Source: the human T2T-CHM13v2.0 reference genome, Homo sapiens. Taken from it: DNA of 64,000 bases. Every line of letters begins with the position of its first letter. Position 1 is the stretch's first letter. The notes below the pieces were generated by a model. The model searched no databases and was not told the origin of the DNA. It was given only the letters and a program-made list of their open reading frames with translations. This document shows positions 38,620 to 52,873 of the stretch, in pieces. Location of the stretch: the NCBI RefSeq assembly GCF_009914755.1, contig NC_060935.1. One strand, 5' to 3'. The position numbers and the translations under genes are program-made.

Positions 38620-41600
38620 TTCTTTTTGTTTTTCACTTTTATTTTAGGTCCAGGGGTACATGTGCATGTTTGTTACACAGGTAAATTTTGTGTCCTGGGG
38701 GTTTTGTGTACAGATTATTTCATCACTGAGGTAATCAGCATGGTACCTGATAGGTAGTTTTTGATCCTCCCCTTCCCTCCTCTGACCCTCCAACTTAAAC
38801 TGGCCTTGGTGTCTGTTGTTCTTTTCTTTGTATCCATATATACTCAATGTTTAGCTCTCATTTTATATGGGAGAACATGTGGTATTTGGTTTTCTGTATG
38901 CATTAGTTTGCTTAGGATAATGGCTTCCAGCTCCATCCATGTTGCTACAAAGGACATTATCTCATTCTTTTTTATGGCTGCATAGTATTCCATGATGTAT
39001 ATGTACCACATTTTCTTTATCCAATCTACCATTGATGGACATTTAGGTTAATTTCATGTCTTTGCTATTGTGAATAGTGCTGTGATGCACATATGTGTGT
39101 ATGTCTTTATGGTAGAATGATTTACATTCTTTTGTGCATATACCCAATAATGGGATTGCTGAGTTGAAGGGTAATTCAGTTTTAAGTTCTTTTAGAAACC
39201 ACTACACTGCTTTCCACAATGACTGAACTAATTTACATTCCCACCAGCAGTGCATAAGTGTTCTCTTTGCTCCACAACCTTGCCAGCATCTGTTATTTTT
39301 TGATATTTTAATAATAGCCATTCTAACTGGTGTGAGATGGTATCTCATGATGGTTTTGATTTTTACTTCTTAATGATCAGTGATGTTGAGCTTTTTTTCA
39401 TACACTTGTTGGCTGCATGCATGTTTTCTTTTGAAAAGTGCCTGTTCATGTCCTTTGCCCACTTTTTAACGGGATTGTTTGTTGTTTACTTGTAAGTTTG
39501 TTTAAATTTCTTATAGTTGCTGGTTATTAGATATTTGGCAGATGTATAGTTTACAAATATTTTCTTCCATTCTGTAGTTTGTTCACTTTGCTCATTGTTC
39601 CTCTTCCTGTTCAGAAACTCTTTAGTTTAATTAGGTTCCATTTATCAGTTTTTGTTTTTGTTGGAATTGCTTTTGGCATCTTCATCATGAAATGTTTGTC
39701 AGGTTCTATGTCCAGAATGGTATTGCCTTGTTTATTTTCTAAGGTTTGTATAGTTTTAGGTTTTACATTTAATTCTTTAGTCTATCTTGAGTTGATTTTT
39801 TTATGAGGTATAAGGAAGGAGTTCAGTTTCAGTCTTGTGCATATGGCTAGCCAGTTATCCCCTACCATTTATCGAATAGGGAGTCCTTTCCCCATTGCTT
39901 GTTTTTTGTTGATTTTGTCAAACATCAGATTGTTGTAGGTGTGTTGCATTATTCCTGGCTTTCTATTCTGTTTCAGTGGTCAATGTGTTTTTGTATCAGT
40001 ACCATGATGTTTTGTCCACTTTAGCCTTGTAGTATAGTTTGAGGTTGAGTAATGTGATGCCTCCAGCTTTGTTCTTTTTGCTTAATATTGCCTTGGTTAT
40101 TCAGGCTTTTTGGTTCCACTTAAATTTTAAAATAGTTTTTTCTAATTCTATGAGGAATATCACTGGTACTTTGATAGGAATAGCATTAAATTTGTAAATT
40201 GCTTTGGGCAGTACGGCCATTTTAATATTGATTCTTCCTATCCATGAACATGGAATGTTTTTCCATTTGTTTGTGTCATCTCTGATTTCTTTGAGCAGTG
40301 TTTTGTAATTCTGTTTAGAGAGGTTTATAATCTCCCTGGTTAGTGGTATTCTTAGGTATTTTATTCTTTTTGTGGCAGTTGTGAGTGGGATTGCATTCTT
40401 AATTTGGCTCTCAGCTTGGATGTTGTTGGTATATGGGAATGCTACTCGTTTTTGTAAATTAATTTTGTATCCTAAAATTGCTGAAGTTGTTTATCAGCTT
40501 AAAGAGCTTTTGGGTGAGATTATCGGGTTTTCAAAATGTAGATCATGTTGTGTGCAAACAGGGATAGTTGGACTTCCTGTTTTTCTATTTAGATGCCCTT
40601 TTTTTCTCTCTCTTGTTTGATTGCTCTGGCCAGGACTTCCAATACTATGTTGAACAGGAATGGTGAAAGAAGGCATCCTTGTCTTGTGCCAGTTTTCAAG
40701 GGAAATTCTTGCAGCTTTTCCTCATTTAGTATGATGTTGGCTGTGGGTTTGTCATAGATGACTCATATTATTTTGAGGTCTGTTCTTTCAATGCCTAGTT
40801 TGTTGAGAGTTTTTAATATGGAGGGATGCTACATTTTATCAAAAGCCATTTCTGCATTTATTGAGAAGATCATGTGGTTTGTGTTTTTAGTTCTGTTTAT
40901 GGGATGAACCACATTTATTGATTTGTATATGTTGCACCAACCTTGCATACAGTGATAAAGTGTACTTGATCATGGTGGATTAGCTTTTTGATGTACTGCT
41001 AGCTTTGGTTTGCCAGTATTTTGTTGCAGATTTTTGCATCAATGTTCATCAAGGATACTGGCCTAAAGTTTATTTTTGTTGTTGTTATTGTTGTCGTGTT
41101 TCTGCCAGGTTTTGGTATCAGGATGGTGCTGGCCTCATAGAATGAGTTGGACAGGAGTTCTACCTCCTCAATTTTTTTGGAATAGTTTCAGAGGAATAGT
41201 ACCAGCTCTTCTGTATACATCTGGTAGATTTCAGCTTGAATCCTTCTGGTTTTTGTATTTTTTTGGCTGGTAGGCTATTTATTACTGATTCAATTTTGGA
41301 ACTCATTATTGGTCTGTTCAGATATTTAATCTCTTCTTGGTTCAATCTTGAGATGTTTTATTTTTCTAGGAATTTATCAATTTCTTCTAGATTTTCTGTG
41401 CATAGAGGTGTTCATAATAGTCTCTGAGGGTTTTTGCATTTCTGTGGGGTCAGTGATAATGTTTCCTTTGTCATTTCTGATTGTGTTTATTTGGGTTTTC
41501 CCTCTCTCTTTTCTTATTAGTCTAGCTAGCAGTTTATCTATCTTATTAATTCTTTCAAGCTAGCAGTTTATCTATCTTATTAATTCTTTCAAAGAACTAA

Positions 41601-41770
41601 CTCTTGAATTCATTGATCTTTTGTATGGTTTTCTCGTCTCCATTTTCTTCAGTTCAGCTTCGATTTAGGTTTTCTTGTGTTCTGCTAGCGTTGGGGTTAG
41701 CTCGTTTCTCTAGTTCTTCTCGTTGTGATGTTAAGTTGTTAATTTGAAATTTTTCTGACTTTTTGATGTG
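38620..41770 (-). mobile_element. 5'-truncated L1PA16-like LINE-1
   Basis: Antisense 3'UTR 'ggggtacatgtgcatgtttgttac...gtacctgataggtagtttttgatcctc'; ORF2 C-terminal peptide WIKKMWYIYIMEYYAAIKKNE (38844-39032). Confidence 0.92.
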
Positions 41771-42044
41771 AAATTGACAAGCCAATTCTAAAATTTACAT
41801 GGAAATGCAAGGGTATCCAAAGAAAGCTTGAAAGAACAAAGTTACGTGGTTAACGCTACCTGATTTCAAAATTTGCTATACACCCATAGTATTCAAGATA
41901 GTGTGATACTACATAATGATCAAGAAATAGATCAATGGTATAGAATAAAAAACATGGACTAGACCCTCATTTATGCTGTCATTTTATTTCTTAAGACAAC
42001 AAATCAATCCAGTAGGAAAACAAACATTTTTTCCAAAATGTGGT

Positions 42045-42748
42045 TATTGTGGTAAAATTCATATAAAAAAATTACTATCTTAACCACCTAAAATTGACTA
42101 TTTGATGGCATTACATATATTTATATTGCTGTGCAACGATTACTGCCATCTTTCTCCATAACTCTTCGTCTTATAAAACTAAAACTCTGTATACATTAAA
42201 TCATAACTCCCCATCCCCTCCCCTAGGCCTTGGCAACCACTGTTCTACTTTCTGTCTCTACGATTTTGATTATTCCAAGTTCCTCATATAAGTGGTATCA
42301 TATAGTATTTGTCATTTTGTGACTGGTTTATGTTACTTGGCATAATGTCATTAAGGTTCATCTATGTTGTAGCATACGTCAGAACTTCATTTCTTTCTCA
42401 ATAAAGCTGAATAACATTTTGTTATACATATGTACCACATTTTGCTTATCCATTCTTCTGTCTTTGGACACTGTGTTGCTTCCATATTTTAATTATTGTA
42501 ATAATGCTGATAATAAACATGGATGTACAAATATCTCTTTGAGACCCAGATTTTAATTATTTTGAGTATATACTCAGAAGTTGAATTTTGGATCATATAG
42601 TAATTCTGTTTTGAATTAAAAAAAAAGAACTTCCATAGTGTTTACCACAGGGGTGTTACCATTTTACATTCCCACCAATGGTAAACGGGGTTTCAATTCT
42701 TCCACATCCTCCCCAATTTGTTATTTTAGGGCTTTTTGTTAATAGCCA
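42045..42748 (-). mobile_element. L1MB-type 3' fragment
   Basis: 'ggcaaccactgttctactttctgtctct...cctcatataagtggtatcatatagtatttgtc...aaggttcatctatgttgtagcat'. Confidence 0.85.
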
Positions 42749-44671
42749 AAAAATCTGTTATTTTTTAACAAATATGCCACAACTCAATATCTGTACCAAA
42801 AACAAAAACAAAAAATCATAACAATAAATCTGTACCCAATATACAAAATTAATTTGAATAAACCATTTAACTCTCTCTCTCAGTAGTCTTGTTCATTCCC
42901 ACTAGGGAAGCTGAGAACTCCTGCAAGATTATACTATGTAAATGGTAAAGTCAGCCTTTGAAGCCAGATTTCTCTGTCTTCTATACCTGTGCTGTTTGTT
43001 GACTTTTGTTTCATCCTTGAGTTCTATCTCATCATCTTTTTCATCACTGAACCACCAGGAACCCTGTAAATACTGGTTGAACAGAGGATTGAATGGCTTC
43101 TAGAACTCCCTGCTGCCTGCACACAATCCTTTCCACAAAATGCAGCACACTCCTAGTAATCAATCTCTGGTCTCCTTCTCTATGGAACTTGGTTTTAAAG
43201 TCTCATGTTTAGAAGGCATAACCAAATTATGAGAGAGAGAGAAAAAAAAGAAGATCATTAAAAGCCTGCACACTGGAATAAGGGCCATTTGTACCTAAAG
43301 AGCTAGTGACATATGATTAAGAATAAAATTTAAAAAATTGGTTTAAAATCAACATAATATTTCCTCTGATTCCATTTAGAGACAGTTTAAAATATTCAGT
43401 TTGCTTATCTTTAAAATTAAGAGGCAAAGAGTGGGGTCATCAACTTCTATCTAAAGTACAGTACAATTATTGATGAGAGAGGGCCTGAAGGAGGCTAGGC
43501 AGTACTGGAAGACAAAATGGGGGAAAAATGTGGAAGGAAGATTGGGGAAAGAGGAGGCAAATGCAGAGGGCAAGACAGTAAGGGAACATTCTCCTTGTTA
43601 CACAATACACAGAACCTGCCACAGTTTTAAAGTATCTAGATAGAAGGACTCTGTCCTGGAAAGTCTTGCCTTCCCCTTGGGGTTGGGATTTCTAATGCTC
43701 CCAAGGTGAACCAGTTCCCAAGACTATGATGTTCTGCTTTTAAAATCTAGCCTCAGGGTAGAGAAAGGCCTTTGTTGCATAGTGGAGAGCCTCTGAGCTC
43801 TCAAAATAACATTGCCAAGCACTGAGAAAAACACCAATGGAATAGAATGAGAAAAATAGAGGCACCCAAGTCACTGTGATATTCTTTAAAAACAGATTTC
43901 TGACCCTACAAGGGTTAAACTTGAGCCCCACAGGGCTGGTGCACAACCAAGGACTCCCTGCCTGGCTTCCTGCCTTCTCAGTTTAAGGCCTGCCTCCTTA
44001 CTGCTTCTATTTACCTTATTTCTTGCCAGTAGGTCTGTCTGCAAGAGTCCTTGTCACCTTCCCAGCTAAGGTCCCCTAACCCCTTCTTCAGTTTCCTTGG
44101 GTAACTTATACTCAGTTTGTTTCTTCATTTTCCAAAATGAGGAAAATGATACTTCCACAGTCTTCAGCTGCTTGTGTTGATGGACATAAGGACGTCATAG
44201 TCACTTGCTCAGCTGGAAGTATTTTGTGATTTGGTTTGTGACTCTTAATCATTCATGGAATTTATCAACCAAATGACAATTTTAGAGCTGAAGAGAGTCC
44301 TGTTCATAATTACATGGAAACAAGAGTTGTACATGGACTGTCCTGGGATAAAGGTATGGTCATCCCAGTGATAGACTCACAGTAAAGAGATACCACCATT
44401 CTAAGCAATCGTATTATACCTTGTAATGAAAATTATCACAAAAACAGTAACAATTCTATTTTCTTTCAGAAAGATAAACAGGGAGTGAGGCATACATGTA
44501 CAACTATTCAGGAGAGTGAGAGGGAGAAAGGAAATCAAAGAGGATAAGGATGAGAACAAAAGAGAGGAAGAGACTTAGGTGACACCTCTGAAGGTACTAG
44601 AGTGAATGTTGAAAGCTTAAGTCCATTTTTATGTTTATACAGGAGATACTGGTCCTTTGAAATGTTAACTG

Positions 44672-45731
<1,060 letters not shown>

Positions 45732-48679
45732 TTAAGAAGGATTAGATTCAAATTTTGATCATGACACTTAAAATAAATGATGGGTATATGGGTAAATTAA
45801 TGTTGTAGAGCAGGAGTTTTTTTTAGCTAATTTTCACATTTATTTCACTCCCTTACCTGCCAATGACTGCCCCACCATTATTGAATTAATGGTCTGTTTC
45901 ATAATTGACTTTGTTTTAAAGTTAAGCAAGTAGAATACTTGTCAGCCCACAACTTCCTTAATATTCATCTTTGGAGGCTCCACCATCAAATGAATAACCC
46001 AATTTTCCTAGCCTGATGGGCAAAGGTAATAACTAGAACACTATATTTTCCAGAACTGAACCAGAAAACCAGATTTCTGGTTTAAATTGGTTAAACTGAC
46101 AAAGAATCAGGTTCAGCACTAAGGAGAAAGATGTGTACTTCTGATATTATTATACATTTTAATACAGATACTAGTAGCTCAATTCCTGAATTAAGAAAAA
46201 TGTAGAATGTGATACTGATACCACTAAAGGATAATATAAAATTATTTAATTTTGACAGCATTCATGTCACATCAATGCAGAAATTTTAAAAATTAACCAG
46301 ATATGAATTATGAAGTAGCTATTAGAATATTTAACATTAAAGGTGAATACCAGATGAGAAAATGTATTTTTTTAAAAATCCAGAATTAGAAACTTTAGCC
46401 TCAACGTAAAATGAAACATTCATTGACTGTGCTTCTTAGATTACTTCTTTTAGATTTTAAGTGTCTCACTTTGGAAAGCTAGAATTTACTAGACCATTCA
46501 AAAAGCTAAGGAAAAAAGAGCAAAACACATCAGCTAAAAGGGTAATCACTTGTGTGTTGAGAACACTATTTTCTTTCTGTTTTTAATAGAGTATTGGTAG
46601 AAATATTTTTGTTCAGATTACAGACAAATCATTCTATCTCACTTACCAAAAAGTAAAAACTGATTTCAAATGAGGAAATAAAATATTATTTCCCCGTTAC
46701 ATACATAATTGTACTGACCATTTATTTGCTGCTCTGTTCTATATTAATGTTTGCAATTGAACCAGATTAAACAGTATGGTAAGGGTGTAAATAATTTCCT
46801 GCAGGTGTGCTGAGGAACACAACTAAAATATTCCTTGCAACTTATTTCAGGTGGCATTTTGGGATTTTAAGATGTGCACAATATGTTTTTCAAAGGTAAT
46901 TGAAATTCTGATTTTGTTTTTTATGCTGTTAAAAAATGAAAAGGATTTGAGTATACCAATGTTTTCAACAATGTGCTGACAATCCAAAAGTGATTACACT
47001 GTACTTGGATGGGAGAAATAGAAATGGAATTGGCTTAGAACCAAAAATAAAAATAGTAAAGAATTTGTGATATGTGCTGATGGGAATGTGGGAAGGGATG
47101 GAGTAAAATGCGGAGAGGTTGCTAGAGGACATATACAGACATTATGTTCTCAACCAAAATCACAAGGTTTGTTACTGCAAATGTAACAGTGGAAACAATA
47201 GGATAGAAAATCATGGCTGCCTCAGAAAAATCCAAAAATTGTCCTTCCAAGAGTGTATAAAGAGGTAGTAAAACATTGACAAAGGTGTTAGTATGGGGAA
47301 AACTATAAATAAGAAACCAATTACTGTAAAGTGAATTACATTTTTTGGACTTGTTTCTGTTTTCCCCAAATTATTGCTAGTTGTACAAGGCAAAATGTGT
47401 GGGTATGAAAAAAAATGTGTTATGTTAACTGTGCCTTCTGAGTACATTTATTATTTCCAATCTGCATTTATGCATCCAGAAATATGTTGTGCTAAAAACA
47501 AGAAACAACTCAGTCTCCAGAATCAACTCTTTTTTTTATAGAAACAAAAAACCAGCTTATCACACAACTCTAGGTATTGTGCCTCCCAATAAACAAAACC
47601 CCAAATCAACCTTTCCCTCACACAAAAAAGAACAATATCCCATTCAAAAACAACAAAACATGCTCTGAAGAAGAGACTAGAATAGATAACATGTCTGGAA
47701 ACATATTCTATTCTTCCATTAGAATGCAGCTTATGTGAAGGTCAGAAATCTTTTCAGAAAGTTTTAAAATATCTCGTTTAATGTCTGCCCTTTGATTTAT
47801 TTTCCAATCTGGGGTAAGCTTTTCATCTTGTCACCAACATTTCAATAACATATCAAACCAAAGGAGTTACAGAAGCAAAATTTCATTATTGAACATCAGG
47901 TATATTTGCAATGTGAATAAATGATCAGTTTTTGAACAAGACAAAAAAGTGATTTTCTTTTTCAGATATATTTGTCACTTTGTAACAGGATTCCTTCAAA
48001 CACAAAAGCTTTCTAGGGGATTTACATTTTATATATGCTTCATGAACATTTGGTTTATATACAACTCTTCCACAATGCAACTATGACCCAAGGGAAGTAT
48101 ACCTCTAAAGGTGTATGTTATAACTATATATCCAGAGTAATATACTAGATACAGGTGTGGGCAGAACTCTGAAGACTTTGGGGTAGATTTGAAAATTATG
48201 AATAAAAATGACCCAAGAATAGAGAAAATTAATCAAATCAAGCTTTCACCATAACTTGGCTCATGACAAAAGGTGACAAATGAGAAGTGAAGAACCATAT
48301 AACTCACCAATATGACCAATGTTTGTCACCAGAGACCCATGACAAATCCAAGCTCCATTGAACATTGATCTATAAAGATAAGGAAGAAAAGAGTTATCAC
48401 TTTTGTGGAGATGAAAATATTTTTGTGCAAGGGGTACAGTTTGGACACATTCTGATAGAACCATATTTCAAGGCAGGCTTGGGTATAGGGTACAGAGAGA
48501 AACAGTGTGTATTACAATTGCCTTGGTTTTACTTCTTCAGCTACAACTTCATACGTATATTATACAGGTATCTTTTCTGGTGAGTAGAGACCAATACTAG
48601 CCCTCAGTAAAACTAACTAATAAAAGTTGAATGAAAACCCTCTATTGGAATATTAAATACCTTTTTTTTCTCCCTGTTT

Positions 48680-49240
48680 CTAAAAAGCACATCTCATCAA
48701 ATTACTTCTTTGCTTGAAGAGGCTTCCCACTTTGAGGGTCAAGGCAAGACATCTTAACAGGATTTATAATGCTCATCAGGACGTGATCCCAGCTTCCTTT
48801 CCATCCCAACTTGGTGTCTCCACACAGATATACTAATTCATTTGCATCTCTAGAAATTCACACATTTGCCATCACCCATAGGCCTGTGAGTATGAGGATC
48901 TCTCTGCCTAGAAAAACATGCCTCCCCTGTTCTTACAAAAATCTCTTGCCTGCCTGACTTCGTTCATGCTCAGGATTCACGCAGTTATCGTCTCCTCTAG
49001 AAAGCTCCTTTGGCAACCAAAGGCTCACTCAGGTGCACACCCACCAGCCTCTTGCAGCATCTAATTTCTAATTTTACCTAGCATTTAGAAGTTTAGGTTG
49101 TGACAGTTTACTAAATGGTGTCAGGTTACTGTTTGATATTTTTATATATCTTATTTGTTTTAATTTTCAGTAACTAGTAGAGTTCCTGACTTATAGTAAG
49201 TGCTCAATAAATGTCTGATGCATTACTATATGGACTGAAT
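48680..49240 (+). mobile_element. L2 3' region
   Basis: 'ctctctgcctagaa...tctcctctagaaagctcctt...agttcctgacttatagtaagtgctcaataaatgtctgatg'. Confidence 0.7.
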
Positions 49241-49539
49241 GAATCAGCATAAGACAGGACAAGTGAATAATTTAGTCATGATCAAGCATTTTTATGCCAG
49301 GGACCTAGCTAAATTCATTACAAATAATTGCTCTGCATTTTTTGGCCCAGAGTCTGTCTTCTTGTGATGTAAACTGCTTTTCTTAATTCTCTAAACCCAT
49401 TCCATTCTCAAGATTGTTTATTCTTCAGTCTTCTAGCTTGAGTTTCTGGTGTTTAATTATCAAAAATTATTTTGCTAGATAAGACCTGTTTGAGCTGACT
49501 TTCTTGAACTTGACTCTTAACTCATGTTAGAAGTCTGCC

Positions 49540-50150
49540 ATAAACAACTGGAAAAGAAACCATGAAAGTAATCCCATTTACAATAGCTAGAAATAAAATA
49601 AAGTACCTAGAAATAAACTTTTAAAAAGTGAAACATTTCAATAATAAATACGACAACACATTGATAAAAGAAATTGAAGAGGATACAAAACATGAAAAGA
49701 TATTCCACATTCATGGATTTGGAGAATCAATATTGTAAAAATGCTTATACTACCCAAAGCAATCTACAGATTCAGTACAATCCCTATAAAAATATTAATT
49801 ACATTCTTCACAGAAATAGGAAAAAAAAATCCTAAGATTTATATAAAACCAATAAAGGGCCAGAATGGCCAAAGAAATGCTGAGCAAAAAGAATGCTGGA
49901 GGCACCACACTACCTGATTTCAAAATAAATTACAAGGTATGTAATCAAACCAGCATGGTATTAGCATAAAAATGAATACATGTATACCGATGAAACAGAA
50001 GACAGAACCCAGAAAGAAATCTACTCATTTAAAGTCAACTCTTTTTGACAAAGGTGTCAAGAATGTGCATTGAAGAAAGGACAGTCTCTTCAATAAATGG
50101 TGCTAGGAAAACTGGATATCCATACAGAGAAGAAAAAAACTAGACCTCTA
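49540..50150 (+). mobile_element. L1 ORF2 distal fragment (L1M/L1MA-like)
   Basis: 'ctacccaaagcaatctacagattcag', 'tcttcaataaatggtgctaggaaaactggatatcc'. Confidence 0.85.
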
Positions 50151-50763
50151 TCAGAAAACAGCCTAAAAAGGCAAATCTAAGATTTATTGGTCTTAAAGAA
50201 GAGGCAGAGAAAGAGACAGGGGTAGAAAGTTTACTCAAAGGGATAATAACAGAGAACTTCCCACACCTAGAGAAAGATATCAGTACACAAGTACAAGAAG
50301 GTTATAGAACACCAAGTGGATTTAACCCAATGAAGACTATCTCAAGGTATTTAACAATCAAACTTCCAAAGATCAATGATCAAGAAAGAATTTGAAAAGA
50401 CACAAGAGAAAAGAAACAAGTAACATGCAATGGAGCTCCAATGTGTTGGCAGCAGGCTTTTCAGTGGACACCTTACAGACCAGGAGAGACTGACATGACA
50501 TATTTAAAGTGCTGAAGGAAAATAAAACCTTTTATTCTAGAAAAGTATATGCAGAAAGATATCCTTTAAACATGAAGGAGAAATAAAGACTTTCCCAGGC
50601 AAACAAAAGCTGAGGAATTTCATTAATACCAGACCTGTCCTATAAGAAATACTAAAGGGAGTTCTTCAATTTGAAAGAAAAGAATGTTGATGAATAACAA
50701 GAAATCATCTGAAGTTTCAAAAATCACTGGTAATAGTAAGTACACAGAAAAACAGAGAATATT

Positions 50764-51114
50764 TGATATGGTTTGGCTCTGTGTCCCCACCCAAGTCTCA
50801 TCTTGAATTGTACTCCCATAATTCCTACGTGTTATGAGAGGGACCCGGTGGGAGATCATTTGAATCATGGGGGAGAACGCATACTATTCTCGTGGTACTG
50901 AACAAGTCTCATGAGATCTGATGGGTTTATCAAGAGTTTCTGCTTTTGCATCTCACTCATTTTCTCTTGCTGTCACCATGCAAGAAGTACCTTTCACCTC
51001 CTGCCATGATTCTGAGGCCTCCCCAGCCATGTGGAACTGTAAGTCCAATTAAACCTCTTTTTCTTCCCAGTCTTGGGTATGTCTTTATCAGCAGCATGAA
51101 AACGGCCTAATACA
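50764..51114 (+). mobile_element. THE1 solo LTR (THE1A-like)
   Basis: 'tgatatggtttggctctgtgtccccaccc'...'cagcatgaaaacggcctaataca'; perfect TSD atatt/atatt. Confidence 0.93.
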
Positions 51115-51806
51115 ATATTATAACACTATAATTGTGGCATGTAAACTACTCATATCTTGAGGAGAAAGGCTAAAAGAGAAACCAATCAAAAATAATAATT
51201 ACAACTTTTCAAGATACTCCCAGTACAATAAAATATAAATAGAAACAACAAGAAGCTAAAAATCAGGGGGACAAAGAATTTATTAGTTTTCTCTTTGCTT
51301 TGTTAGTTTGTTTATTAGTTTGTTTATGTAGTCAGTGTTAAGTTGTCACAGTTTAAAATAATGGGTTATAAGATAGTATTTACAAGCCTCATGATAACCT
51401 CAAATCAAAAAGCATACAATAGATATACAAAATATAAAAAGCAAGAAACTAAATCATATCACCAGAGAAAATCACCTTCACTAAATGGCAGACGGGAATA
51501 AAAGAAAGAAGAAAGAGAAGACCACAAAACAATCAAAAATAAGTAACAAAATGGCAGGACAAAGTCCTAACTTATCAATAATAACACTGAATATAAATGG
51601 ACTAAACTCTCCAATCAAAAGGCACAGAGTCCAAAAACAACAAAAGTCACAGAGTGGTGAATGGATAAGAAAACAAACCCAATGATCTGTTGCCTATGGG
51701 AAACATACTTCACCCATAAAGACAGAGACTGAAAATAAAGGGATGGAAAAAGAGAAAGATATTCCATGCAAATAGAAAAAAAGAAAGAACTGCAGAAGCT
51801 ATACTT

Positions 51807-52098
51807 TTTTTTCCTTTTGAGATGGAGTCTTGCTCTTCTGCCCAAGCTGGAGTGCAGTGGTGCAAGCTTGGCTCGCTGCAACCTCCACCTCCCGGGTTCC
51901 AACTATTCTCCTGCCTTAGCCTCCCGAATAGCTGAGATTACAGGTGCACGTCTCCATGCCCATGTAATTTTTGTATTTTTAGTAGAGAAGGGGTTTGACC
52001 TTGTTGGCCAGGCTTGTCTCGAACTCCTGACCTTGTAATCTGCCTGGCTTGGCCTCCCAAAATGTTGTGATTACAGGCGTGAGCCACCACGCCCAGCC
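51807..52098 (-). mobile_element. Alu, AluS-type
   Basis: Full dimer; TSD agaagctatactt / agaagctctactt. Confidence 0.94.
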
Positions 52099-52873
52099 AG
52101 AAGCTCTACTTACAGCAGACAAAATAGATTTCAAGACAAAAACTATAAAAAGAGACAAAGAAGTTCAAAAGTATCAAATCAGCAAGAAGATGTAACAACT
52201 ATAAATATATATGTACCTAACACTGGTGAACCAAAATATATAAAGCAAATATTATTAGAGCCAAAGAGAGGTAGACCTCAATACAATAATAGCTAGAGAC
52301 ATCAATGCCCCACTTTAAGAATTGAACAGATCATCCAGACAAAATCAACAAACAAACATCAGACTTAATCTGCACTATAGACTAAATGGACCTAATAGAT
52401 ATATTTACAGAACATTTCATCTGATGACTGCAGAATACACATTCTTCTCCTCAGCACATGGATCATCCTCAAGGATACACCATATGTTAAGGTACAAAAC
52501 TAGTGTTAAAAATTCAAAATAATTGAAAGTATATCAAGTATCTTCTCTGACCACAATGGAATATAACTAGAAATCAGTAACAAGAGGAATTTTGGAGTTC
52601 TTGAGACCACTAAACCTCAGGGCTAAAAGGGACCTTAAAGGTCTTTATCCTCTGCTGTTCAGTCCTTCATTTCTTTTTTTACAACATTCTCATCTCTGCA
52701 GACTCACACTGTGCATCTCTACTGATGAGGTACTTAATTTCCCCAGAGGCAGCACAGCTCTTACGTTGAAATTGATCAGACAAGAACTTCAATTCATTGG
52801 TCATAATTCTTTCCCATGTGACCCTACAAGCCAGTATCCTCCCTTTTCTTCATAGCAACTCTAGAGCAATTTA

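Larger units (their letters stand above)
50151..52590 (+). mobile_element. L1MA-like ORF1, spacer and ORF2 endonuclease fragment (interrupted by THE1A and Alu)
   Basis: ORF2 start peptide MAGQSPNLSIITLNINGLNSPIKRHRV (in 51485 ORF); IYRTFH..AEYTFFSSAHG (52322 ORF). Confidence 0.85.

Noticed and set aside
45850-46015. Minus-strand exon ending at CAG|GTAAGG
   Set aside because: No good upstream acceptor and all three frames are closed
47730-47865. Minus-strand peptide MLLKCW*QDEKLTP reminiscent of kinase subdomain XI
   Set aside because: Very short, internal stop, stops upstream and no other kinase motifs; likely chance
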